A stretch of 64,000 bases of DNA, from the NCBI GenBank assembly GCA_043228905.1, contig JBHGNT010000006.1:4278001-4342000 (forward strand), written 5' to 3'. The position numbers and the translations under genes are program-made. Below, in pieces: positions 1 to 14,430 of this stretch. This DNA comes from Azolla caroliniana. Lineage: Eukaryota; Plantae; Polypodiophyta. The notes under the pieces are model-generated. The model had not been told where the DNA came from, searched no databases, and was given only the letters and a program-made list of their open reading frames with translations. Every line of letters starts with the position of its first letter. The first letter of the stretch is position 1.

Positions 1-286
1 ACCATCCTCGATGTATTAAAGCTATAAGACAACTTGCACAAGAATATCCTTTGAGCTCATCCTTTGATTATGCTTTATGTACTATTTTTGTGAGTTTATT
101 TCTATTATAGACAAAATTGTTGGCCTAAGTTCATAATAAAGCTAAAGATTTTAGGAAAATGGTGAAATTGATTGAAAGAATTTAGTTCTTTTATATGAAT
201 ATGTTGCTTATTTTGACAAAAAATAAAGTATTATCTACTTAGGAAATGCACATGCATTGTTTATGAAGGTGTCTTTAATTACACCT

Positions 287-2860
287 TGTCTCTTCTCTCT
301 CTTAGAATTTAGTCTCGTCTTGGTTCCACTCTACTCTACTCGCCCGTGACAGTTTGTTCACCTTCCTCTTTCTTGCTACCATGTCCGACTCCATTGACAA
401 CTTAAACCAAGTAATGGCAGCCTTGCAACAACTTCAACTAAAAAATGAAATTCTTCAAGAATCATTACAAGAGCTTCAAACCGGCACATCCAAAAACCCA
501 CCACCCGCTGAGCCACACCCCCCAATGGCACCTAGCCCAACCACTTCCCCTTCCCCATCCATATGTCCTCGAACCTACCGTCAACCTACTGAACCAAATT
601 CAATAGCACGAGGGTGCATGTTTGCAACTTCATCAATCAAATTTGGCTTATCATTCGCTTATAACCCCCAACATTATGCAAGCGATTTTTTCGGGTCGGC
701 CTTGTCAGCACCCTTCTCTCCAGACCAACGCATGTGTGGTTTACACCATAGGCCGAGACCTCATCCCCGCTCTTAGAAAACTTCCCCACCTTCCTTGATG
801 AGCTTGAAGCCACATTCGGAGAGATAGTCTACACTTCAAAGTTTCATCAGATTGCATGCAATGTCAATTGGGATGACCAAGCCTTATGCAACGATTTTCG
901 TCAAGGCCTTTGAAATGATGTCAAAACTCTTCTCTTAAACTTTACAGAGCCCACATCGTTGTCTCAGGTAATCTCCCAAGCCGTTCAGTGTGATAATCAA
1001 CTTTTTGAGCTTTGTTAAGAGGAAAGTGGGAGTCGAGAGTTTCAATCTTCCTCCCGAAATGCACCAATTGCAAGGTCATACGTATCAGTTTCGCCAACCA
1101 TGCCAAATTTGCCATTCTCCAATGATACTCATACCTTGATGGAGGTTGACCCATACCCCTGTGGAGGTCAACCACACTCAGTTCCAACCATCAATTGATG
1201 CCCAACGATAACATCGATGTGACAATGGCCTCTGTCGCTCCCCGGCCATGCCATCTGCCACTGCCCGGTGTGGGGCCCTCAGCACCAATTGCACCATGAA
1301 CGTCTTGTGAGGGTTTCTTGACAACAGGAAAGCGACCAAGTCCAGCTATAGTAGGAGCCATGACGTTGGATGCTTTCTTTACTCAACTTCTCCATGCTCC
1401 TACAATTCAATTATGCCATCAAGAGGTTTTGCTTTGAAAGTAAGTCATTGTTTTGGGTCTACTTCAATACAATCCCATGCCTTGCTCGATTCATGTGCAT
1501 CTACTTGTTTTATCGATATCTTGTTTGTCCGAACACACAATATCCCCATTGTCCGTAAATCGACAACAACCCATTACAATTTGCCCCCCTCCCCCCCCCC
1601 CCCCCCCTTTATATAGTGATGGGAGAGACTCAATATCTCCTACTACATGCAAACATGATGTTTTTTCCCTAACACGAGTGTTCATGCACACTAGATGTCT
1701 TAGCCTTTTCTATCATACTTTTTCTTTTTAACTCAAGTGTTCATGCACACTAGATGTACATGAATAACTTTCTTTATCATGCTTTTTCTCTTAACTCAAG
1801 TTTTTATGTATGAATAACTTTTCTTTCATGTTTATCTAGAATATTTACGTGGGATCAACTTTTGTATAACTAGAATCTATAACTTTATACTCATAATGTG
1901 TTAGTATAATAGTAAGGCTTGGAATTGTTAACATGGAGGTATTGGGTTCAAATCTTGCCCTATGCTTGTAACTAGGGTTTTCCTATTCTTTGCAAACTAT
2001 GGGTTCCAACCTTCGTTCAACATTTCCATTCCTACGATTTCTGTCAATCCATCGGTAGAGACGAGTGCTCGCATCCAATATAAGGGGATCAGGTTGACCG
2101 TCATTGCTTGGCCACACCGACCTTTGTAGTCGGCGGCATGATTTGGCGCTACATCGCCACATCGCCATCACACGTCCCTACGCTAAATTGGACTACAAAA
2201 AACTTGGCCCCTTTTATATCATCGAGCGAATCAAACCAACTCCCCTTTCGGCTAACGATTCCCCCAACATTCAAGATTCACAATGTTTTCCAGGTTTCCC
2301 TCCTTGAACTCTACCATCCTTCTCGAATTTTGTGGAATTGTCGAGAAGGGAGAAGTATGAGGTTTGACCAAATCCTTGACTTACGCTTTCATCGTCGACA
2401 ATTTAAATATTTGGTGCTCAACAAAATGCTCCGAAGGCCATTTCAGTTTTTCAACAATGGTACCCACATAAGCCGATCGTAGGTCTTAGGAGGCAGCCTT
2501 AAATGGAGGAAAATGTCACATACCTATGCCACTGTGGAATGTAGGGGTTGAACCCATGACCTCTTGGTTTCCATTGGGTAATCTTATCAACTGAGCTACA
2601 TCCATTTGGGCATTATCATATAAAATTCACTTTGATGCATTGTAAGTTGAACACTAGAACTTTCTAGAAACTTCTAGAGAATGCATTCTCTAGAATATTC
2701 CTAGCTTGCATGCATACCTCCACCTTCTTGTATCAATACTCAAATGCACCTTGATTCTAATAAAGGTGAACAACACTAGTTACGGAAGCATAAGTTGAGT
2801 TCTTGTTCTCATTCTCTTGTCTCTTGTCTCTCTTAGTATTTAGTCTCGTCTTGATACCAT
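287..2860 (+). mobile_element. Degenerate Ty3/gypsy chromovirus-like LTR retrotransposon with internal deletion
   Basis: The 3' end of the 5' LTR (287-351, ending GTGACA) matches 2817-2860. Gag-like remnants lie at 354-1000 and a protease-like HALLDSCASTCFID at ~1480. Integrase C-terminal/chromodomain-like peptides (LGPFYIIERI, KIHNVFQVSLL, DQILDLRFHRRQFKYLV) lie at 2200-2420. A PPT AAATGGAGGAAAA is followed by the 3' LTR starting TGTCACA at 2514. RT/RNaseH are absent. Confidence 0.8.
1565..2100 (-). mobile_element. LTR fragment inserted in the gypsy element, reverse orientation
   Basis: Interrupts the host between protease and integrase. It has a minus-strand TATA (CTATATAAAGGGG) at ~1607-1617, short tandem repeats (AGTGTTCATGCACACTAGATGT twice) and a tRNA-like module at 1895-1965. 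Boundaries are approximate. Confidence 0.5.
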
Positions 2861-3204
2861 TTTGTTGTAAACCAATTGTCTCATGGGCCAATTTTGGTCT
2901 TCGAAGACGCTAATATGTCTTCCTTCCTTCCTTTCTCTCTCTCTCTAGTGACTTATGCCACTTACATTACACATGGGACACATGAAACTCTTGACATGCT
3001 ACATCATACAAGAAACTATTCACATTCTAAGTGATACCCAATGTGAAGGAATGTAATTTGTTGTGAATAATACGTCATCCAATTGGGCATTAACTAGTAA
3101 GTAACAACAAATCTCTTTAAACCATTGAAGATTAGGGTTAACTCCTCCATGTTGATAGTAATGTTTGTTTTTCTCTATTCTCCTTTTCTGTAGATCCAAT
3201 ATTT

Positions 3205-3365
3205 GTAAAAGCACTCACATTTTCTTTGATAAGTTTGGATTTGAAATCTACACAAACATCCGAGGATGTAGATTCTCTTCCATTGTAATGGTTTCATCAT
3301 CGATGTTGTATCTAGAATTGAAAGTTTTTTCATGTAGAAGGTTGTTACGTTTTCCATGGTAAAAT
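3205..3365 (-). pseudogene. FAR exon-4-like remnant
   Basis: The reverse complement reads [34 protein letters not shown] with frameshifts. It aligns to exon 4 of the FAR copies at 38801-39038 and 47103-47340. Confidence 0.8.
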
Positions 3366-4220
3366 AGTGAGATAATTTACATTGATTGGTTTTTTCATGT
3401 AGATTTTTTTAAAATCTATGGTAATTAACGAGATATTTAAATCTTATATAATGACCATTAAAGATGTTCCTTTTCTTATTTTCCGTTAATTTCAATCAAG
3501 TGCTTACTTAATGACAAGATTGGCACCCAACATGATTCGATTGAGTTCTATGGATGACTTCTGTCCTTACACTACTACCCAATGAAACAAATCAAGATGA
3601 TTGTGAAAAAATTAGTTTTCCAATGATTGATCAAGATTGAAAGCATAATAAGGAGAGCAACACATAAAAGGGAGGGCTTAGATTGATGAAATTCTAATGC
3701 CAAATATAAAAGTGTAGATTGGATCATTACACGACTTTGTTTTAGACTCACCGCTGTCGTGCATTAATATTTCAAGTTTGAGACGCAAATATAAAACCAA
3801 ATTTTCTAATTGTGGAGTCCCACTCTTGAGCACTAATGGCCCATAAGTGTGACCCAATATGGGTATGGTGAATCGAGACTGTGTTTATATGTATGTATAT
3901 GTTGCGAAAATGATGTCGTGATGTAGTGTGTTGACGAGAGGAAAAGTGTCGGACTCCAGTTATTTTATGGAAGGTTAAAGGCATGCTAGAATTAGAACAA
4001 TTGTCAAATGCAAACTACTCATCATATATCAACGTTTCTCTTAGTGTATGTAGATAGAAAATTAACAAATTGATTAAGTTTAGCGAGTGAAATAGAAATT
4101 GGTCATGGAATTGTATCAATTGAGGCAAGCTTAGAGAGTGAAAAAATTGTATGCAGTGAGGGCGAAATAGAAATTGTATGTAGATAAATAAAATTACTAG
4201 CCCATTTTCTTTAAGGTTGC

Positions 4221-4386
4221 TCACAATTTGGAACCGTGCCCCCTCAATACATGTTGCCTTAAGCCCGGAATGTGTATCTTTTTTATATAAATATCCCAAT
4301 CAATGTCATTGAAATCAACGCCAAATACTTGTTTTTCTTCAGTTGATACATCTTCATGGAGTTGTCGTGTATTTGAATTGTCAAAT
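4221..4386 (-). pseudogene. Orphan FAR terminal exon (copy D)
   Basis: Intact 166-nt last exon encoding [55 protein letters not shown], with an AG acceptor. Intron homology stops at ~4510. The 3' flank (3340-4220) is homologous to 35620-36670 and 43830-44880. Confidence 0.88.
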
Positions 4387-4988
4387 CTATAAAAACAGGA
4401 ACATGTTGGTTGATATGGAGGAATCACAATGAAGTTGAGCATTGTTTAGTTATGTATTTTGTTGCATGAATTTACTTCTAATAAAATGTATGCAAGATTT
4501 GGTGTTTATTTTTTTTTCAAAACAAAATATCCTTCCATCAGTTACGTAGAAAGGTCATAACGGTTCTAACACACAAAATATTTTTTCCCAAGCCCGTCTT
4601 GTGTAAGATAATGGCCGAGGAAACAAATCTATGCAATAGCAACTCGATACTCTAAGGCCGATTTCCACCCATTCTATTCCAAAAGCTCGCTTCGTGGTAC
4701 TAGTGTATCAAGTACTTTTCGAGAACGAAGGAACACGTCTCCTCATCTCTACTATGATTACTATTACTATGGTTTTTCTTTCTCTTTGTTTGTTATTATT
4801 AGCGAGTAGTATGTTGGGTCGAGATGGGCGGGCGGACGGACGCCCACACAAAAAGAAGACGTCCGGACAAAAAGAAAAGGCCATTGACAGACATCCATCC
4901 CTCAAAGCCCTAATCTCTGCCGCTTCCACGATCACGAAGAAGACGCCATCACTGTGAATCGACCAACGCTCCTTCTTCCGGAATAGCT

Positions 4989-7768
<2,780 letters not shown>

Positions 7769-8309
7769 ATGGATAGGAACTGAGATTTTTGTCTATTACT
7801 GCTGAGCTTTTGGTCGTGCATGGTTTGAACCGGCAAAGTAAAAGTTACGTCATTGTGTTCCTTCTCTTATTGTTAATGAATGATATTCCAAAATATAACG
7901 TTTTTGAAGTTTATCAAGGATTGACTGGCTAAATCTGAGATCATGTGTTTACCAAACAACTGTTGGTGATTTATAAAGGTCATTTTTTTTAAAGGACTGA
8001 CTAGCTAAACCTGAGATTGCGTGTTTACCAAATCACTGTTAGTGATTTACCAAGGTCATTTTGTTTGAAACAAAAGGGCTCTGGCCTTAATTAATGGCAA
8101 AGAGCATGATCAATGGCAAATTTGACGTGCACAGGAAGAGTTTTCTCAAAACCATCCTTCTTGGATATCTAATCAATAATTTGGTGCATTAAAATAACAA
8201 AATTGGGACAAGAGAATAAATGATCAGGGATAGTGGAATGCTCTATACATTCAAAAGTTGCTTGTGGCGTGGAAGACGGGAAGAGGAAAGTGGTTGCCTC
8301 ACCCATAAA

Positions 8310-9680
8310 GCATTCATCTTAATCCACATTTAACTAAGCAAATGATAAGTGAAAACAAAAGTTCCAATCATAGATTGACATATTCGCATTCATAGGCCTC
8401 AACGAATGCATATGATTATGAACACAGACAGGTACATGTAAACATCTTCATCTTTACTTTTGGGAGAAAAAGTTTTTGTAAAAAAAACTTATCTTGCGAG
8501 CGAAGAAGCCTCCCTATGCATCCTATTCTTGGCTTAGAAAGTAGGGTTTTGGCAGAACACCCTATTTCATTTGAAAACATAACTTTGACCATATTTCCTC
8601 TTCTCGGCTCATATCCTCATCTCCCCTTGCATCCTCTGCCCAAGGTAAAATATGGTATGGTTGGCTCATCCAGCCTAATGTTTCTCTAATGATGTGATAC
8701 CTTCTTGCCTACATCTTGTTCTCAACTTGCAAACATAGGGTTTTCTTGAAACACTAATTAATTAATTAGTGTTTTTTGAATGAATGAATTTATAGTGAAT
8801 TAAATAAATTTTATTATATAATTTTTTTTTGAAAAATGAATGGTTTTATAATATTCTTGGGGCCATTTCTTATTCTTGATTATTGCAAATATCATACATG
8901 ACGAATATCACGTATGTGTCAATCTATGGTTTCATTGCTATCACTAGCAATGGGCTTGGTTTGATTTCTTCGCATGTGTCAATCTATGGTTTCATTGCTA
9001 TCACTAGCAATGGGCTTGGTTTGATTTCTTCGCGTTGAAACCAAACTGAATTGAACCAAACCATTTATATAAAACAAAAACTGAACCAAACCTTTTTTGA
9101 GCTTTCAAGCCATTAAACCAAACCTTTAAGCAAAGGTAAACCAAACTATTTAAACCAAAACTGTTTAGGGAAAAGTTGAAACCAAACCAAGCCATTTAAT
9201 AAAAAGTTTAAACCTAACCACATTTAACTCAAACTACTTAAAAAATTAAATAAATAAAAATACACTAAATTAAATAAGCATCTATGGTTAAATAAATAAA
9301 TAAATAAATAAACATTAATTAAGCCATTAGATTAAATAAATATTTAAGTTAATTGAATTAAATCAATAAAAAACATTAATTAAACCATTAAATTATATGA
9401 ACATTTAAGGGATAAAAAAAGTTAGCCCAATAACCAATAAACCTTTAAACCAAACCACTTAAACCTATAAACCGATAAACCCTAGTTTCAAAACCAAGTT
9501 GAACTAAATCGAACCGTTTACTAATAATTAAAACCAAACCAAACCATTTAATTATTTTGGAACTTATAAACCTTTAAACCATGGTTTAATGGTTCGGTTC
9601 GGTTTGAACCGAAACCGGGCCCATTGCTAGCTATCACTTATCCTCTTGAGTTTAGTTATTGATAGATTAATGCATGTAAT
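8310..9680. mobile_element. Putative long-TIR (Mutator-like) non-autonomous element
   Basis: AATCATAGATTGACATATTCG (~8366) is an imperfect inverted match to CGTATGTGTCAATCTATGGTT (8911). The inverted similarity (GATAAGTGA/TCACTTATC, TAACTAA/TTAGTTA) continues beyond the nested hAT insertion. No TSD was identified. Confidence 0.45.
9005..9629. mobile_element. Non-autonomous hAT-type element (MITE-like)
   Basis: TIRs TAGCAATGGGC...GCCCATTGCTA, a perfect 8-bp TSD GCTATCAC (8997-9004 and 9630-9637), subterminal AAACC/GAACC repeats and an AT-rich core. Confidence 0.92.
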
Positions 9681-9809
9681 ATGGTCAATGTTTTTGGGTA
9701 TTTTCTTGATGTCTTTAGCTTGTTGATGTCATCATTTTGGTGGATGTGGACCTCTTAAGCCAAGCTTGTGGCTAGTAATCATGATCAATTGAAATTGTAA
9801 AACGCTAAC

Positions 9810-10022
9810 TACCTGATACATATGGCAACAATGATTTTGATGTATGTAGGAAGTGAGTTGACAAACTGATTAAGTTGTTATCTCATTTGGGTACAGGTGT
9901 AATGGAATTGTAATAACTTAGGCCAACAAGATGATTGTAACTTAGATGATATAATTGAGAACCATCTCTCCCATTGCCTTTGTAAGCACATATGTGTATT
10001 GCAAAGCAAAGTCACTTGCCCT
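9810..10022 (-). pseudogene. Collapsed FAR remnant (5' part of exon 5 fused to FAR 3' flank)
   Basis: 10020-9959 reads [21 protein letters not shown] behind an AG acceptor. 9860-9920 matches the FAR downstream flank (compare 36190-36240). Confidence 0.8.
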
Positions 10023-10377
10023 AGTAATATCACAAGATCAATTATCATCTCTCTCCTTGGAGACACCTACACCACTCGACCTCTCCCTTGTTGAAGCAGA
10101 AAACCAAAGAACAACCAAACGCCCTTGGATGCCGGGCCACAAAGCAACTCGTGGTGTAGAAGCAATTAAGAAAATAAGGAAACATGAGTTACACAACTTA
10201 GAAGCTATGGTTTGGGTACCTTTTATATTGGGACCATGGTCTACACCTACCTAGAAACCATTTGACCTCCTGCTTTAATAGACATATATATTATGTTAAC
10301 TATATGCCATGGTGGAATCTAGGGGTTGGTCTCCATTGGGCACCCTTACCAACCAAGCTACATCCATTTGGGCATCC

Positions 10378-11042
10378 TTACAATTGGATCAATATGAGGT
10401 TCGATGAGGAGGACTTCTTTTCATAAATAGGTTGGAGCTTCTCCCACAATGCAAATGCCAATGTCTCTTTGGCCATACTGAAGTAGACGTTCTCGATGTC
10501 GTGAAGATTTTCGACAATGGTGGGTATATCAAGTAGAGCGGGCGAGAACAGGGATGTGCAATGATTGCACATGTACATTGAGCTAAATGTAAATAGAAAT
10601 AAAAGGTAAATGTAAAGGGTGCTAGAGTGCACAAAGGCGTTAGTGAGAGGTAGATGTGATGTGTACTTTAGTGCACACACATGTTGTAAGGTAGGTAGTA
10701 GGTAGTGGGGTGATTGGGAGAGATTAAAGGGGAGTTAATGTACCACTCCCCTAAAATCGAGGCAAATATCCTCCTTTGAAAAGGAGGGGAATATTTGGCC
10801 TCCTTTATGGTAATGTCCCTCCCTCGAGATATAAAAAGAGGCGAGGGGGTTCTTCTTGGGCTCTCTCCAATGGATTTGTAAAAAGAAACAAGAAACAATA
10901 GATACAACGGTGATGATATACTACGAATTCTATCGTGGTTGGGCCGAAATCATCTCCATGCCCATCGTGTGTCCGAGTCAACCGAAATCGGTCGGCCAAA
11001 GTACACATTGTCATCCAATCCACGACATTGTCGGCTGTGAAG
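10378..11042 (-). mobile_element. Copia gag and RNaseH fragments split by a gypsy-type LTR fragment
   Basis: A gag piece ENVYFSMAKETLAFALWEKLQPIYEKK lies at 10378-10496 and an RNaseH end ADNVVDWMTMCTLADRFR at 10930-11040. Between them is a segment starting TGTCGTGAAGATTTT (10497) with a TATA at ~10829. Confidence 0.6.
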
Positions 11043-13250
11043 TGTTGGACAAAAAGTCCTACTCTGACCATTGTATCTTATTGTGAACATTCCCTATATT
11101 TAAGGCTTAGTTTCCTCTTGAGTGTTGGACGAAAAGTCCTTCTCTGACCATTGTATCTTACTGTGAACATTCCATGTAGTTAAGGCTTAGTTTCCTCTTG
11201 TATAACTAGGAGGAATTTCTCCTTATACAACTAACGAATGATAATATAGATAATTCTCTTTGCCATAACTATTTAATTGTCTCTATATATTTTCTATCTT
11301 TACATATTGTATTGATAATAGTGCACTATACTCTCATGCTTACTCCATGCTTGCTAGTTCTACAACAAGATCCACACTTGCTTCCACATAGTCGACCAAA
11401 GTTGACTAATAGATTACTCAACTAGACACTATAACTATCAACAAGTGGTATCAGTGCGATCTTGAAATCGGACAACATCAGTATAAGATAACTAGGAGGA
11501 ATTTCTCCTTGTACAACTGACGAATGATAATATAGATCTTCTCTTTGCCATAACTATTTAATTGTCTCTGTATATTTTCTATCTTTGCATATTGTATTGC
11601 TAATAGTGCATTATACTCTCATGCTTACTCCATGCTTGCTAGTTCTACAACAAGATCCACACTTGCTTCCACATAGTCGACCAAAGTTGACCAATAGAGT
11701 AGTCAACTGGACACTATAACTATCAACAAGTGGTATCAGAGCGATCTTGAAATCGGACAACATCAGTATAAGAAGAGGTAGAAGCTCTAAAGGAAAGGAC
11801 CAAGCCGACTAATACCTTCAAAAGAACAATGGCTTCAACATCTAGTACAGGTTGTCAAATCAGAAAGTTCGATGGAAAAAATTTGCCCTATAGAAGGAGA
11901 TGACGCAGGACATGTCGATCAAACGCCAGATCGAAGCGGTCTGGCACAACAATAGACTGTCAATGATGACAGCCATAGAGTGGCAGAAACTTGACGAGAT
12001 TGCAAGTTCGACAATCCAAATGCATCTAGCCGAAAACGTCTACTTCAGCATCATTGGCGAAACAGTTGACTGCATTCACTCTATGGGAGAAGCTTCAATC
12101 AATATACGAAAAGAAGTCGAGATTCTCCGAACTCATCTTGATTCGACAACTACTCAATATGATGGTGAGGGAGATAGAGCTAGCAACCTCCCATATCGAC
12201 ATCTTCGGTCAGGTGCTGACCAAACTCTCCTCACAAAGCCTAAATTTCGAAGATGAAATCAGGGAGATTGCACTCCCTTTGAGCCCCCCGAAGAGTTGGG
12301 AAGTGTTCTGCCACCATAGCCAATTACTCGATGAAGGAATCGGGCGGTGCTATTCGAAGAGCTTCGAAGAAAGTCGATGGGACTCACCATCGACGATAGT
12401 GGCAAAGCACACTTCTCCGGTGGAACGGTTCAAAGGACTAACCACGACCATAGCAGTCTGAGAAGGAGAAGTGACCGATAATGATTGAAGTCGAGAGGTG
12501 TGCCTTCGAATGCCTAATCCACACATTGCAGAAAGCCCGGCCACCACATGCCGACTGTTGGTCGTTGAACAAGAAGGGAAAAGGACAAAGACTTGAGCGG
12601 AATGCAGGCTCTTCCGACTTGAACCATCCTTCAACCGAAAACTAGATTCATGTTGCTGAATCACCAGCAGGAGAAGGCTCGTCGACCGGTGAATCCTGTA
12701 TAGTGCAGAAGATGCACGAATGTTGCTGCTTGATTCGGACGCCACCATAGAGAATAGTTTTCAGACTATTCAAGTGCATAATCATTGCTGAATGGAAGCA
12801 CCATCACCCTGCACCAAGTGAGGCACGTACCCGAACTAAAGAGGAGTTTAATATTCATCAGTATGTGGGCCGAAGATGGGTACACGATAACACTCAATGA
12901 GTCGTCATGGCAAATTGGAAAGGAAATCTACACATTGACCATGGCCTCAAGTTCAATAACTTGTACCCCCTTACAATGTATAGAATTTGCGGCGCTAGTG
13001 TCAGCGGTCTCCATGAGGATCCTAATGCAATTATGGATTCTGAGCTCCGAATGAAAAGTTAAGATTGAAACAATAAGATTTGAATGATGGGAGTCGAATC
13101 TACCTACACTAATTGAGGTTAGAGTCTAATTGTGACAAGACATTCTCGCAAACACTTGGATAGTCATCACGTTGGCTCGGGAAAATGTGGATGCATGAAA
13201 GCCCGAAAAACGATTGTCATGTGGGCCCATGAATCCACAAAAGCCAAAAA
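11043..13250 (+). mobile_element. Degenerate Ty1/copia 5' portion with internally duplicated LTR/PBS
   Basis: The LTR starts TGTTGGAC (11043 and 11123) and ends CAACA (11443 and 11728). Each end is followed by an iMet PBS TGGTATCAG(T/A)GC. A decayed gag/protease (MASTSSTGCQIRKFDGK..., LHQVRHVPELKRSLI) is related to the element at 53105-58612. Confidence 0.85.
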
Positions 13251-13290
13251 TCAATTGGGCTTTAGAGAATTCCTAAATTCATGATGTGAG

Positions 13291-14430
13291 AGATTAAGGT
13301 TTGTGTTCCTCATCTGATCAGTTTTTACTAGGGCAGGCAAGAGAAGAGAGGTGAATTGCGAAAATGGTGATGTTAAATGGCAAACAATCTTTGAAACACC
13401 AAAGTTTGAGGAGTGAAAAATCTCCTGGGGTTGACATGTGAAAAATATTGAAGTCCTTTAGGAGTTTGAGGAAATAAACAAGCAATATAGGGCTACCAAA
13501 AGATTTAGTTAGGAAAAATTGTTCTTAAAAAAGATTTCTCAACAAAGTGCTATGTTTCAATTTAGTATGGCATTTAGGTCAATTATGAAATTCATGTGCA
13601 TTAGAGGAAATAATAAAATGTATGGGTATTTGAGGAAATAAAGTAATTATAGAGTTTGTCACCTTAATATTTTTACTAGAAAAATAGCTTCCTTCCCTAA
13701 AGCATTAACAACTGGAAGTTCATCGATTCAAATTAATCGTTTGCATGTGGTAAATAATGTAAATTTACAAGGAAACCAAGAACAACCTATTTTCATTCCT
13801 TTATATATTAGAAATTTACCATTGGAAAATGTTGTAATTTTAAGTAGATCTTAAGAGAAGGGATGTTTCGTGAATTGAATCACATCCATTTTTTGTCATC
13901 ACTCTTGTTTTAATGAACCAAAGTTTTTTATTTAATTCTTAATAAATGAGGGGTCTGAGTGTCTTACCAATGTAATTGTTTCTTCATTTCAGCCTAAGAT
14001 GATTGGGAACTCTTGGCTTGAGTTTTCCATTAGTTACAAGCCAGTGAAACATGGAAGACCTAGAATTGGTGCTACCCACTCGTCATGGTTCATTCCTTTG
14101 AAATTGATAGATAGGAACTCTAGACATTTTTGTCTGTTACTGCTAAGCTTCTGGTCTTGGATGTTTTTTTACTAGCAATGTAAATGTTACGTCATTGTTT
14201 TCCTTCCTTTAATGTTAATGAATGATATTCCAAAATATAACGTTTCTGAAGTTTATCAATGATTCACTGGCTAAACGTGAGATCGTGTGTTTACTTACCA
14301 AAGTACTGTTAGTGATTTATCAAGGTCATTTTGTTTGAAAGGACCTATTGGTTAAACTTGAGATCATGTATTTACCAATGCACTGTCCGTGATTTATCAA
14401 GTTCATTTTGTTAGAAACAAAAGGTTCTGT
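13291..14430 (+). pseudogene. Partial duplicate of RPS15 (distal intron 4, exon 5, 3' UTR)
   Basis: Aligns to 7081-8085. The exon copy at 13993-14106 keeps the AG acceptor and the frame (a compensating -1/+1 shift), but the stop TAG has become TTG. Confidence 0.9.

Noticed and set aside
4900-4915. Telo-box in the RPS15 promoter
   Set aside because: AAAGCCCTAA is only an imperfect match to AAACCCTAA, which is too weak to call.
9040-9610. CRISPR-like or satellite array of AAACC repeats
   Set aside because: These are irregular subterminal repeats of a hAT element in eukaryotic DNA, with no repeat-spacer periodicity.
11021-11027. CACGACA as the right end of the LTR starting at 10497
   Set aside because: It lies within a copia RNaseH coding remnant and the flanks do not form a TSD.
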